Shown here in pieces: positions 1 through 9,555 of a stretch of DNA of 57,154 bases. The position numbers were made by a program, and so were the translations under genes. The DNA is taken from NCBI GenBank assembly GCA_017505785.1, contig JAFVOQ010000003.1, positions 1 to 57,154 on the forward strand. Direction: 5' to 3'. The notes beneath the pieces were generated by a model that saw only the letters and a list, made by a program, of their open reading frames with translations, was not told the DNA's origin and searched no databases. The DNA is from Clostridia bacterium (GTDB lineage Bacteria; Bacillota; Clostridia; Oscillospirales; CAG-272). How positions within the stretch are numbered: position 1 is the first letter of the stretch; each line of letters starts with the position of its first letter.

Positions 1-140
1 ACGAGCGCCCTTTCAAGGGCGGCAAAGGTGGCAAAGGCAATAGGCTTGAGTATACGAAAGCCAGCGGCTTGAGCCGCTGGCCGGTACTATTGGGCTTTTA
101 GCCCTAGTGCAAACCACCCGTTTGACGGGTGGTTATGATT
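1..140 (+). mobile_element. Right (3') end of an IS200/IS605-family element; tnpA would lie left of the window
   Basis: Series of hairpins: GCCC-TTTCAA-GGGC (7-20), GCCAGCGGC-TTGA-GCCGCTGGC (60-81), GGGCT-TTT-AGCCC (92-104), AACCACCCGT-TTG-ACGGGTGGTT (112-134), followed by ATGATT. This matches my recollection of Firmicute IS200-type right ends. Confidence 0.7.
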
Positions 141-160
141 TGTTATGAAGTGAACGTAAT

Positions 161-820
161 TCAAGCGTTAATCGCTTTCTCAACCTCGCGCATTGCACGA
201 ACTGCCGCCATGGGGTCTGTAGCGCCAAATACGGCGGAGCCTGCCACAACCACGTCAACGCCCGCAGCAAGCACGCATGCCAGGTTTGCGGCACCAATAC
301 CGCCGTCTGCCTCAACGGGAATAGTAAGCCCTTGCTTTGCTATTTCTGCCTTCAATTCCGTTACCTTATCAAGGCAGCGGGGGATAAGCTTTTGTCCGCC
401 AAAGCCGGGGTATACGGTCATCACAAGCACCATGTCGCAAAGTGGGAGCAGGGGGAAGATGACCTCTGCCTTGGTATCGGGGGAGATAGAGATTGCCGGC
501 TTTGCGCCAAGCGCACGGATCGCCTTTAATACCTCGGCGGGATTTTCGGTGCTCTCAACGTGAATAGTGATGCCGTCAGCACCTGCCTTACGAAATGCCT
601 CAAGATAACGCTCGGGTCGCTCGATCATCAAATGCACGTCAAAAAAAAGCTTTGAATGCGGACGCAAAGCTGCAATTACGGCAGGGCCAAAGGAGATGTT
701 TGGAACAAAGCACCCGTCCATGACATCAAGATGAAGCATATCAACAGCGTGCTCGACCTTAGCAACGGAGGATTGCAGATTTGCAAAATCAGCGGCGAGC
801 AGGGAAGGAGAAATTTTCAT
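161..820 (-). CDS. rpe: Ribulose-phosphate 3-epimerase
   Basis: Motifs ISPSLLAADF, HLDVMDGCFVPN, DVHLMI, MTVYPGFGGQ, EADGG. ATG at 820 follows the SD GAGGTG. Confidence 0.95.
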   Translation of the reverse strand: MKISPSLLAADFANLQSSVAKVEHAVDMLHLDVMDGCFVPNISFGPAVIAALRPHSKLFFDVHLMIERPERYLEAFRKAGADGITIHVESTENPAEVLKAIRALGAKPAISISPDTKAEVIFPLLPLCDMVLVMTVYPGFGGQKLIPRCLDKVTELKAEIAKQGLTIPVEADGGIGAANLACVLAAGVDVVVAGSAVFGATDPMAAVRAMREVEKAINA

Positions 821-959
821 AAGCACCTCACTTTAATGTGTTTTCGACATAATATGACAGTAGGGGCAGATGTTTGCCCTTTGAAAATTCGCAAGGAAAC
901 GGGAGGTGGAGGTAAAAGATGTGCGGAAGTGTGTATGTAGCGCCTCACGGTTCTTGCTT

Positions 960-995
960 GCCGTTCGTGCCATGGCACGAACGGCCTTTATTTAT
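960..995. terminator. Perfect 26-bp palindrome / terminator-like hairpin
   Basis: GCCGTTCGTGCCATGGCACGAACGGC (960-985) lies just past the ispF stop. The T-rich tail is on the + strand. Confidence 0.55.
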
Positions 996-1459
996 TGTAA
1001 CAGACAAACCGCGTGTGCGGCAATACCAAGGCGCTCTCCCGTAAAGCCAAGCCCCTCCTCGGTGGTTGCCTTTATACTGACGTCAGCTTCACTGATGCCG
1101 AGTGCCCCTGCTAAATTTTTTCTCATTGCTCCAATATGGGGCGCGAGGCGCGGTGCTTGCGCGATCACGGTCGCATCAATGTTGGAGATTTCAAACCCAG
1201 CCTCGCGCACAAAGCGCGCAACCTCGCGCGCCAGCCTAAGACTGTCGGCACCAAGATAAGCAGAATCACTGTCGGGAAAGAGCTTGCCAATATCGCCAAG
1301 CGCGGCGGCACCAAGGAGCGCATCCATAATGGCGTGTGTGAGCACGTCGGCATCGGAATGGCCAAGCAAGCCTGCTTCATACGGGATCTTTACACCGCCA
1401 AGAATTAAATCGCGGTCGGGCACCAAACGGTGCACATCATAGCCGTGTCCTATCCGCAT
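992..1459 (-). CDS. ispF: 2-C-methyl-D-erythritol 2,4-cyclodiphosphate synthase
   Basis: Motifs [33 protein letters not shown]. Overlaps the ispD stop (TGATG). Confidence 0.97.
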   Translation of the reverse strand: MRIGHGYDVHRLVPDRDLILGGVKIPYEAGLLGHSDADVLTHAIMDALLGAAALGDIGKLFPDSDSAYLGADSLRLAREVARFVREAGFEISNIDATVIAQAPRLAPHIGAMRKNLAGALGISEADVSIKATTEEGLGFTGERLGIAAHAVCLLQ

Positions 1460-2205
1460 CACTCGCCCTCCCGTTCTTTTAAAATAAATTCCGCCAATCG
1501 CATATCGCGCGGTTCGGTAATTTTAAGGTTATCTTTGCCGCAATCCACTAGCTTTACGGGGTAGGGCAAGCGCTCCATTAACTGATTGTCATCGGTTAGC
1601 AGATCCGCATCCTTCACTGTTTCCAGTGCCGCGCGGTATAAATTTGTTGAAAAAATTTGCGGCGTGGTGGCAAGATAAACCGTTCTTCTGTCAACGGTTT
1701 TGGCAATAAAACCACGCTTTGTTGCCGTTTTCACCGTATCGAATACCGAGTATGCGGCAGTAGCCGCCTTATGGCGGTAGGCAACGCGGCATACCTTTTC
1801 AATCATTTCGGGCGTGATAAGACACCGCGCACCGTCATGAATTGCCACAAATTTGGCGGCGTGATGCACGTGTAAAAAGCCGTTCTTTACCGATGCGGCA
1901 CGTGTATCACCCCCTGCCACAACAGCGGCAAGCTTAGAAATGCTCCACTTTGCGGCAAGCTCGCCCACAAGCGCAAGCTCGCTTTGGCGTGCTACCACAA
2001 CGATCTCGTCGATCTCTTTTGTCTTTTCAAAGGCAAGCAACGTGCGCGCAAGCACGGGGATGCCTGCCACCTCAAGAAACTGCTTGGAAACCGTACTGCC
2101 CATGCGTGTCGAAGCACCTGCTGCCACAATAATAGCAGAGGTGCGCGGTCGCTTTTTACCGCCCGCAAGGCGCAGCAGATCGGCAGCCTTACCCACTTTT
2201 GACAT
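1459..2205 (-). CDS. ispD: 2-C-methyl-D-erythritol 4-phosphate cytidylyltransferase
   Basis: Motifs [42 protein letters not shown]. Confidence 0.95.
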   Translation of the reverse strand: MSKVGKAADLLRLAGGKKRPRTSAIIVAAGASTRMGSTVSKQFLEVAGIPVLARTLLAFEKTKEIDEIVVVARQSELALVGELAAKWSISKLAAVVAGGDTRAASVKNGFLHVHHAAKFVAIHDGARCLITPEMIEKVCRVAYRHKAATAAYSVFDTVKTATKRGFIAKTVDRRTVYLATTPQIFSTNLYRAALETVKDADLLTDDNQLMERLPYPVKLVDCGKDNLKITEPRDMRLAEFILKEREGE

Positions 2206-2660
2206 TATTCGGTAAAGGTGCCGTTTTCAACGGCGGTGATCATATCAACGCGAGTTGCGTGCTTGCCGCCCTCAAATTCGGCATCAACAAATGCATCAAC
2301 CAGGTCGAGTGCAAGGCCAATGCCCACCACGCGCGCGCCAAAGCAAAGGAAATTTGCATCGTTGTGCTGGCGTGTTAAACGTGCACTAAAGGTGTCAGAG
2401 CAGCACGCGGCGCGAATGCCCTTGTGCTTGTTGGCAACCAGTGACATGCCAATGCCTGTGCCGCAAATGAGGATACCCATATCGGCCTCACCCTTTTGCA
2501 CCTTCAAGCAGGCGCGGTGTGCAAAAACGGGATAATTGCAGCTATCCGAGGTGTAGGTGCCGACATCGGCAACCTCAAAGCCGCGTGAGATAAGATGCTC
2601 ACGCACTGTGTTTTTCATATCAACGGCTGCATGGTCACAGCCAATCACAATTTTTTTCAT
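2205..2660 (-). CDS. rpiB: Ribose-5-phosphate isomerase B
   Basis: Motifs IGCDHA, ICGTGIGMS, ANKHKGIRAA, RQHNDAN, FEGGKHATRV. Confidence 0.95.
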   Translation of the reverse strand: MKKIVIGCDHAAVDMKNTVREHLISRGFEVADVGTYTSDSCNYPVFAHRACLKVQKGEADMGILICGTGIGMSLVANKHKGIRAACCSDTFSARLTRQHNDANFLCFGARVVGIGLALDLVDAFVDAEFEGGKHATRVDMITAVENGTFTE

Positions 2661-2662
2661 TG

Positions 2663-3370
2663 TTATGATCCTTTCTTTGCTTGCTCTTTTTCAAGTCGCT
2701 CGCGTTCTGCTTGGGGCAGGCGGAGATAGGTGGGAGAGAGCTCCTTGTCGGTGGTACGTAGGCCGTCTTGATATAGGCGAAGTGCACATGCGGCAACGCC
2801 AAGGGCGTTTTGCTCGGCGGCAATGGATGCCACGGGTAGGGATTTTAATGACAGAAAGGCTGCAGTCGTTACCTCAACCCCGTCACCTACAAGATAAAAG
2901 GGCTCACCGCGTGCCACAAGCTCGGCTTCAAGATCGGTTGCGGCAAGCGCACGGTCGGCACAAAGGCGTGTGAGCTCATTGCCCTCGGCGCGGAACAGGG
3001 CATTGTAGACCTGACCTCGCCGCGCGTTCATCACGGCACAGATTATGCCGTTTGCAGGCAAAAGATTTCTTGCCATGGCTTCAAGTGCCGAAACGCCGAT
3101 CACGGTTTTGTTCTTGCCAAAGGCAAGCCCTTTTACGGTCGCAACGCCAATTCGTACTCCCGTAAAGGAGCCGGGCCCCTCACTGCACGCAAAAACATCC
3201 ACGTCGTCGGGGGTATAGCCCGTCACGTCAAAGAGTGCCTTTGCCATAGGCAAAAGCGTTTCACTGTGCGTGTTGCCGTTTTTGACGGTAAAGGAAGCAA
3301 GGGGGATATCGTCACGGCAAAGCGCAACACTTCCAACCACAGCAGTGCTGTCAAGTGCAAATATCAGCAT
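2663..3370 (-). CDS. tsaB: tRNA threonylcarbamoyladenosine biosynthesis protein TsaB
   Basis: Motifs ALDST, HSETLLP, GPGSFTGVRIG, ARRGQVY, PTYLRLPQAERE. Confidence 0.95.
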   Translation of the reverse strand: MLIFALDSTAVVGSVALCRDDIPLASFTVKNGNTHSETLLPMAKALFDVTGYTPDDVDVFACSEGPGSFTGVRIGVATVKGLAFGKNKTVIGVSALEAMARNLLPANGIICAVMNARRGQVYNALFRAEGNELTRLCADRALAATDLEAELVARGEPFYLVGDGVEVTTAAFLSLKSLPVASIAAEQNALGVAACALRLYQDGLRTTDKELSPTYLRLPQAERERLEKEQAKKGS

Positions 3371-3822
3371 GGGCTCTTCCTTTCTTCGATCGTGATGATG
3401 CGGCTATCGGGGGTGGTGGGATCGTCTTTTATAATTTCCACACGCAAATAGTGGGAGGGCAGGGCATAGGGGATGTTTTCGCTCCATTCCACCAATGCAA
3501 TGCCGTCGCGAGCAAGGTAATCGTCGTATCCAATGGAAAACAGATCGTCCTCATCCGTGATGCGGTACATGTCAAAGTGAAACAGGGGCTTGCTTTTGCC
3601 GCGATATTCGTTTACAAGTGCAAAGGTGGGGGAGCGCACAAGCGCGGTGGGGGCTGCTACCGAGGCAAAGCCCCGCACAAATGCGGTTTTCCCAACGCCA
3701 AGGTCGCCGTACAGTGCCACAAAGGACGGTAAGGTGTCCTTTTCAAGCATGGTAGCGGCAAGCTCTGCCCCCGCCGCCTCTGTTTGGGCGGCGGTGGTTG
3801 TGTGTAAGCGGAGTGACAGCAT
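3364..3822 (-). CDS. tsaE: tRNA threonylcarbamoyladenosine biosynthesis ATPase TsaE
   Basis: Motifs LYGDLGVGKT, SPTFALVNEY, HFDMYR, VEWSE. Confidence 0.95.
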   Translation of the reverse strand: MLSLRLHTTTAAQTEAAGAELAATMLEKDTLPSFVALYGDLGVGKTAFVRGFASVAAPTALVRSPTFALVNEYRGKSKPLFHFDMYRITDEDDLFSIGYDDYLARDGIALVEWSENIPYALPSHYLRVEIIKDDPTTPDSRIITIEERKSPC

Positions 3823-5495
3823 CAGAACAGCCCCGAAATATTGCCGTCATTATCGATATCAATCGAATATGCGGTAGGTGTTTTGCCAAGCCCGGGCATG
3901 GTCATCACAGTGCCCGTCAGTACTACGATAAAGCCGGCACCGGCAGAAAGCTTCACGTCACGCACGGTGATCGTGTGCCCTGTAGGCCTGCCAAGCTTGG
4001 TTTGATCATCGGAGAAGGAATACTGCGTTTTTGCCATACAAACAGGGAAGCGAGCATACGCCCCGTCAATTGCAAGAATATCGGCAAGCGCCTTTTTGGC
4101 ACCCGCTTCAAACACCACATTAGCGGCACCGTAAAGCTCGCGTGCCACGGTTTCGATCTTTTCGGTGATCGAGAGCTCGTCGCTGTAAAGGAATTTGAAG
4201 TTCTTCGGTTTTTCGCAAGCGGCGATAACCTTTTCGGCAAGCTCTATGCCGCCGTCGCCGCCCTTGGCAAACACCTCGGAGAGTGCGAAATCCGCGCCCT
4301 TTTGCTCACAAATAGCACGCAGAGCCGCAAGCTCCTCATCGGTATCTGTGTCAAAGCGGTTAATGGCAACCACCACGGGCACACCAAACTTTTGCAGGTT
4401 GTCGATATGTGCTTCAAGGTTTACTGCACCGCGCTTCAGAGCTTCTATGTTTTCTGCCTTAAGGTCGGGCTTTGCCACACCGCCGTTATATTTGAGTGCG
4501 CGCACTGTGGCAACCAGCACTACTGCATCGGGGGAGAGCCCCGCCATGCGGCATTTGATGTTAAGAAATTTCTCAGCACCAAGATCGGCACCAAATCCGG
4601 CTTCGGTGATCGCATAATCGGCAAGCTTTAGGGCAAGCTTGGTTGCACGGATCGAATTGCATCCGTGTGCAATATTGGCAAAGGGACCGCCGTGGATGAG
4701 TGCAGGGGTGTTTTCAAGCGTTTGCACAAGGTTGGGCTTGATCGCATCCTTGAGGAGAGCTGTCATAGCACCGTTTACCTGCAGGTCGCGGCAAAATACG
4801 GGCTTGCCGTCGTAGGTGTAAGCCACCAAAATGTTGCCAAGACGGCGCTTGAGATCTGCAAGATCCTCGGCAAGGCAGAGAATTGCCATAACCTCGCTTG
4901 CTACCGTAATGGTAAAGTGATCCTCGCGCGGCACGCCGTTTATTTTGCCGCCAAGACCTATTAGGATGTTGCGCAGAGCTCTGTCGTTCATATCTACCAC
5001 GCGGGCAAACTGCACGCGGCGTGGGTCGATGCCAAGAGCGTTGCCCTGCTGAATATGGTTGTCAAGTACAGCGCAAAGCAGATTGTTGGCAGAAGTAATT
5101 GCGTGGAAGTCACCTGTAAAGTGTAGGTTGATATCCTCCATTGGCACAACCTGCGCATAGCCGCCGCCGGCGGCACCGCCCTTGATGCCGAACACAGGAC
5201 CGAGGGAGGGCTCGCGCAGGGCGATCACCGCACTTTTCCCAATCTTTTTCATTGCCATGCCAAGACCTACCGTAGTAGTGGTCTTTCCCTCGCCGGCGGG
5301 AGTGGGGTTAATGGCAGTGACAAGAATCAGCTTTCCGTTTTTCTTGCTTTCCGCGCGTTTTAAAAACGCATCGGTGATTTTAGCCTTATATCTGCCGTAA
5401 AGCTCAAGTTCTTCCTCTGCGACTCCAAGGTCTGCCGCGATATCGGCAATGGGGAGCATTTTTGCATCCTGTGCAATTTGAATGTCGGTTTTCAT
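3822..5495 (-). CDS. fhs: Formate-tetrahydrofolate ligase
   Basis: Starts MKTDIQIAQ. Motifs [41 protein letters not shown]. Confidence 0.97.
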   Translation of the reverse strand: MKTDIQIAQDAKMLPIADIAADLGVAEEELELYGRYKAKITDAFLKRAESKKNGKLILVTAINPTPAGEGKTTTTVGLGMAMKKIGKSAVIALREPSLGPVFGIKGGAAGGGYAQVVPMEDINLHFTGDFHAITSANNLLCAVLDNHIQQGNALGIDPRRVQFARVVDMNDRALRNILIGLGGKINGVPREDHFTITVASEVMAILCLAEDLADLKRRLGNILVAYTYDGKPVFCRDLQVNGAMTALLKDAIKPNLVQTLENTPALIHGGPFANIAHGCNSIRATKLALKLADYAITEAGFGADLGAEKFLNIKCRMAGLSPDAVVLVATVRALKYNGGVAKPDLKAENIEALKRGAVNLEAHIDNLQKFGVPVVVAINRFDTDTDEELAALRAICEQKGADFALSEVFAKGGDGGIELAEKVIAACEKPKNFKFLYSDELSITEKIETVARELYGAANVVFEAGAKKALADILAIDGAYARFPVCMAKTQYSFSDDQTKLGRPTGHTITVRDVKLSAGAGFIVVLTGTVMTMPGLGKTPTAYSIDIDNDGNISGLF

Positions 5496-5496
5496 G

Positions 5497-5715
5497 TCAG
5501 TTTCTCTCCTTGTCGGTTTTGGGCTTGATCTTTTCACGCGTGCCGTCGGGGCGCTCAATGACAGTGTTGTCAAGTGTGCCGCGCATATAGGCACGGAATT
5601 CTGCAAGGTACTCCTCGCGAAGTGCGCGGCGTTCTGCCGCCTCGCTCTCGGTCAGCTCACGCGTCTTTGCGAGTGCGGCAAGCTCGTTGATACGGTCTAT
5701 TTTAACTTTATCCAT
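5497..5715 (-). CDS. DUF896 (YnzC/UPF0291-like) small protein
   Basis: [41 protein letters not shown] matches the family pattern. Exactly fills the pheT-fhs gap. Confidence 0.88.
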   Translation of the reverse strand: MDKVKIDRINELAALAKTRELTESEAAERRALREEYLAEFRAYMRGTLDNTVIERPDGTREKIKPKTDKERN

Positions 5716-5716
5716 A

Positions 5717-8110
5717 TCAGCCACGCAGGGTAAGTCCCAGCTCTTTTTCAAGCAAGAACAGCACTTTCTTTGTGATCTTTTCGGCATCCTCCACCGTCAT
5801 GGTGTGGTCCTCGGCGCGCAGGGTCATGCGCAGTGATACCGACTTTTTGCCCTCGCCGATCTTCTCGCCGCGGAAGATGTCAAAGAGCTTCACATCTTCG
5901 CACTGCTTGCCACCCGCCTTTTGCATTACGGAAATGATAGAGCCGACCTCAAGCGATTCCTCACAGACAAAGGAGAAGTCACGTGTAATGGCAGGGTACT
6001 TAGGCAGGGGCTTGTAATGCTTATCAGCCGTGCTTGTGGCAAAGAGCGCATCAAAATCGATCTCAGCAGCATAAAGCGGCACGGAAATACCGTAGTTTTC
6101 GCTTACCTTGGGGTGGATCTGCCCAAAGGTAGCAAGCTTTGTGTCACCAACCCATACCTCGGCACAGCGGCCGGGGTGATAAGAGGGATTGTCGCTTACC
6201 GCCGTGTAGCTTGCCTTGGCAGCTGCCAAGGTAAGAAGATTTTCAATCACGCCCTTCATCGTATAGAAATCGGCATCGCCGTACATACCGAGCGTGAGCA
6301 TCTTGCCCTCGTAGGGGAGCTTGGTGCTATCGGCATCGGGCAGGTAGATCGAGCCCATCTCAAACAGGCGCACGTTTTCGTTGTTAAAGTTTTGGTTGCG
6401 CGCCAGAACCTCCAGCATAGAGGGAAGGGCGGTGGTGCGCATCACACTCGTATCCTCGCCGAGAGGATTGGAGATCACCACAGAGCGACGGAGCGCGCTC
6501 TCCTCGGGCAGGCGGATCTTGTCGTAATACTTGGGGGAAATGAAGGAGAATGTTTGAATTTCATCAAGTCCCATGCCGTAAAGCGCGTTTTCTACCTGAA
6601 TGCCAAACGCCTGCTTGGGCGTTCTGCCACCCTCGGTGGTTTGGGCAACGATCTTGGTCGAAACGATCTTGTCGTAGCCGTAAATGCGCATGATCTCCTC
6701 TGCAATATCGTTCATGCAGGCAAGGTCTGCGCGGAAGCTCGGCACGTAAATTTTACCGTCCTTAACGCGGCAGTCAAGAGAAGTGAGAATTTCGATCATC
6801 TGCGCCTCGGAGATATCGGTGCCAAGGAAGGCATTGTAACGCGCAGGCGTGAAGGGCAGAACGGTCTGCGTAGGCTTGGTGGGATACACGTCGATCACGC
6901 CGTCAACCACGTCGCCGGCGTCAAGGAGCTCCACAAGCTCACAGGCGCGCAACAGACCCACCATGCAGTTTTCGGGGTCAAGACCCTTTTCAAAGCGTGC
7001 CGAGGATTCGGTACGCATGCCGTTTTTCTTGGCAGTTACGCGCACCGAGCCGCCGTTGAAGCAAGCAGATTCAAATACCACGGTCTTGGTGGTGTCAACG
7101 ATCTCACTGTTTGCACCGCCCATCACACCGGCAAGAGCACAGGCCTTTTTCCCGTCGGCGATCACCAGCATGCTGCTGTCAAGCACGTGATCAATATCGT
7201 CAAGAGATTTAAAGCACTCACCGTCAGCGGCACGGCGTACGCGAATGGCGGAGCCGTCAAGCTGGGTGTAATCAAAAGCATGCATCGGCTGACCGTACTC
7301 AAGCATGACGTAGTTGGTAATATCCACAATATTGTTAATGGGGCGCACGCCTGCGGCTGCAAGGCGCATACGCAGCCACATCGGCGAGGGCGCAATGCGC
7401 ACGTTCTTCACGACCTTTGCGGCATAGCGGTAGCAGAGATCGGGAGCTTCGATGCCAACAGTGAGGTAGTTTTCCACCTTGTCGGTGTCGCCACAGCCCT
7501 TTACGGCAGGCGTGGGAACCTTCAGCTCACGCCCAAAGGAAGCCGCGGTTTCACGCGCAAGGCCGATGACCGAAAGGCAGTCGGGGCGGTTGGAGGTGAT
7601 CTCAAATTCCACGGCAGTATCATCGAGCATCAGAGCCTCGCGGATATCCATACCCAGCTTGTCGCCGAAGCACTCGTCAAGAATGAGAATGCCGTTTTCC
7701 TCCTTGCCGGGGCACTCGTGCACGGTAAGGTTCAATTCACCCATAGAGCAAAGCATGCCGTGCGATTCCACGCCGCGCAGCTTGCCGTCCTTAATGACCA
7801 CGCCATGGGGGAGCTTGGCAACGGGGAGTGCCGCAGGCACAATTGCACCCTCAAATACATTTTGCGCTCCCGTTACGATCTGCACAAGGTCGCCTTTGCC
7901 GACGTTCATTTGGCAGATCTGCAAATGGTCACTGTCGGGGTGGGGCTCGATCTTCTCGATTTTTGCTACCACCACGTTTTCGATTTCCGCGCCAAACTCC
8001 TCATAGCCCTCAACCTTAGAGCCTGTGAGTGTCAGCTTGTCGCAGTATTCCTTAATATCAATATCGGCTACGTCAACAAAGTCGGCAAGCCATTTCATAG
8101 ACAAATTCAT
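5717..8110 (-). CDS. pheT: Phenylalanine-tRNA ligase beta subunit
   Basis: Motifs HPDSDHL, LRGVESHGMLCS, ITSNRPDCLS, YGQPMHAFD, RFEKG. C-terminal FDX-ACB domain. Confidence 0.98.
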   Translation of the reverse strand: MNLSMKWLADFVDVADIDIKEYCDKLTLTGSKVEGYEEFGAEIENVVVAKIEKIEPHPDSDHLQICQMNVGKGDLVQIVTGAQNVFEGAIVPAALPVAKLPHGVVIKDGKLRGVESHGMLCSMGELNLTVHECPGKEENGILILDECFGDKLGMDIREALMLDDTAVEFEITSNRPDCLSVIGLARETAASFGRELKVPTPAVKGCGDTDKVENYLTVGIEAPDLCYRYAAKVVKNVRIAPSPMWLRMRLAAAGVRPINNIVDITNYVMLEYGQPMHAFDYTQLDGSAIRVRRAADGECFKSLDDIDHVLDSSMLVIADGKKACALAGVMGGANSEIVDTTKTVVFESACFNGGSVRVTAKKNGMRTESSARFEKGLDPENCMVGLLRACELVELLDAGDVVDGVIDVYPTKPTQTVLPFTPARYNAFLGTDISEAQMIEILTSLDCRVKDGKIYVPSFRADLACMNDIAEEIMRIYGYDKIVSTKIVAQTTEGGRTPKQAFGIQVENALYGMGLDEIQTFSFISPKYYDKIRLPEESALRRSVVISNPLGEDTSVMRTTALPSMLEVLARNQNFNNENVRLFEMGSIYLPDADSTKLPYEGKMLTLGMYGDADFYTMKGVIENLLTLAAAKASYTAVSDNPSYHPGRCAEVWVGDTKLATFGQIHPKVSENYGISVPLYAAEIDFDALFATSTADKHYKPLPKYPAITRDFSFVCEESLEVGSIISVMQKAGGKQCEDVKLFDIFRGEKIGEGKKSVSLRMTLRAEDHTMTVEDAEKITKKVLFLLEKELGLTLRG

Positions 8111-8127
8111 GTTTGCGATCTCCTTTC

Positions 8128-9141
8128 TTAGAATTGCTTCAGGAAACGCTCGTCGTTTTCATAGAACAAACGAATGTCGTCAATACCGTAACGCGTCATT
8201 GTTACGCGCTCAAGTCCCATACCGAAAGCAAAGCCACTGTAAACCTCGGGGTCGATGCCGCAGTTTTCAAGCACAAAGGGGTGAACCATGCCGGCACCGA
8301 GAATCTCGATCCAGCCCTCGCCCTTACAAACGCGGCAGCCCTTACCGCCGCACACAAAGCAGGAAACGTCAACCTCAGCAGAGGGCTCGGTGAAGGGGAA
8401 GTGGTGCGGGCGGAAACGGATTTTCGTTTCCTCGCCAAACATTTTCTTCGCAAAGGTTTCAAGCGTGCCCTTGAGATCGCTCATCGTAATACCCTTGTCA
8501 ACCACAAGACCTTCCATTTGGTGGAAAAGAGGAGAGTGCGTTGCGTCAAGCGCATCGGAGCGATATACGCGCCCGGGGGAGATGACGCGGATAGGAGGGC
8601 TTTGCTTTTCCATTACGCGCACCTGTACGGGCGAGGTCTGGGAGCGAAGCAGGACGTTATCGGTAATGTAGAAGGTATCCTGCGTATCTCTTGCAGGGTG
8701 ATTTTCGGGAATGTTGAGGGCCTTAAAGTTGTAGTAATCGTACTCAACCTCGGGGCCCTCGGCAATCTCAAAGCCCATGCCGATAAAGATCTCCTCCATT
8801 TCGCGCTGCGCGCGCGTAAGGGGATGCTGGTGTCCCATGCGTGTGGCGTTGCCGGGCATTGTTACGTCAAGCTTTTCACGCACAAGCTGGTCGTTCAGGG
8901 CACGCTCCTTTTCCTCGGCAACTCTTGCGGTAAGTGCCGCTTCGATCTCGGCACGCACCTCGTTTGCCATTTGCCCTACTACAGGGCGCTCCTCGGGGGT
9001 AAGCGCACCCATGCCGCGGAGTACAGCGGTAAGCTCACCTTTTTTGCCGAGGTAGCGAACACGCAGTGCCTCGGTGTCACACTCGGCTGCTCTCAGCTCT
9101 GAAAGCGCCGCTTCTTTGATTTGTTGCAGTTTCTCTTTCAT
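8128..9141 (-). CDS. pheS: Phenylalanine-tRNA ligase alpha subunit
   Basis: Motifs [40 protein letters not shown] at 9141. Confidence 0.98.
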   Translation of the reverse strand: MKEKLQQIKEAALSELRAAECDTEALRVRYLGKKGELTAVLRGMGALTPEERPVVGQMANEVRAEIEAALTARVAEEKERALNDQLVREKLDVTMPGNATRMGHQHPLTRAQREMEEIFIGMGFEIAEGPEVEYDYYNFKALNIPENHPARDTQDTFYITDNVLLRSQTSPVQVRVMEKQSPPIRVISPGRVYRSDALDATHSPLFHQMEGLVVDKGITMSDLKGTLETFAKKMFGEETKIRFRPHHFPFTEPSAEVDVSCFVCGGKGCRVCKGEGWIEILGAGMVHPFVLENCGIDPEVYSGFAFGMGLERVTMTRYGIDDIRLFYENDERFLKQF

Positions 9142-9174
9142 ACGTCTTTCCTTTCCTTGGGGAGAAGAATTTGT

Positions 9175-9440
9175 TAAAAACAAAAAAACTCGCCCCGAAT
9201 TAAAATCAGGACGAGGCGAAAATTCGCTCGCGGTACCACCCGAATTGAAGGCAAAAAGCCAACCACTCAAAGATCTGTAACGGGATCAACCGTATGGGGC
9301 TACTAACGCGCCTTTAGTCACGTGTTTCACCGCATCCACTCCAAAGGGAAACGCCACCCTCTCACCCGTAAGCTGCTTCCAGCCGTGTCAGCTCTCTCTT
9401 TAACGTTTTTTGAAAAGGGGCAACCTTTTTCACTGTGTTT
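9175..9440 (-). ncRNA. T-box riboswitch (Phe specifier)
   Basis: Minus strand carries the T-box sequence AATTCGGGTGGTACCGCG (9229-9246), an AGAGAG/GCTG stem I with a TTC specifier (9348-9350), and a terminator CTCGTCCTGA..TCGGGGCGAG plus T-run upstream of pheS. Confidence 0.92.
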
Positions 9441-9452
9441 TCTACAAATGAT

Positions 9453-9480
9453 ATTATAACACAAAATTTGTAAAAATCAA
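9453..9480 (-). promoter_or_regulatory. Sigma-A promoter for the pheST leader
   Basis: TTGATT followed by an extended -10 TGTTATAAT on the minus strand. Confidence 0.7.
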
Positions 9481-9521
9481 GAGGTAATTTAAATATTTAC
9501 GTAACTTTTGCAAGGCAATAG

Positions 9522-9547
9522 AAAAGGCGTGCCGCGGCACGCCTTTT
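9522..9547. terminator. Bidirectional terminator-like palindrome
   Basis: AAAAGGCGTGCCGCGGCACGCCTTTT is a perfect palindrome just after the stop of the 485-aa gene. Confidence 0.7.
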
Positions 9548-9555
9548 AGAACAGT

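Noticed and set aside
5496-5606. N-terminal extension of the fhs ORF (also the extended starts of pheS, rpsB, glmM, ecfA2, dxr, birA, spoVFB)
   Set aside because: The extensions overlap upstream genes or leaders. Downstream ATGs mostly have SDs and match the family N-termini.
5921-8131. 736-aa ORF antisense to pheT (similarly 8113-9102, 13665-14822, 14918-16324, 49312-50895)
   Set aside because: These are shadow ORFs produced by the codon bias of the real genes on the opposite strand. They have no motifs or SD support.
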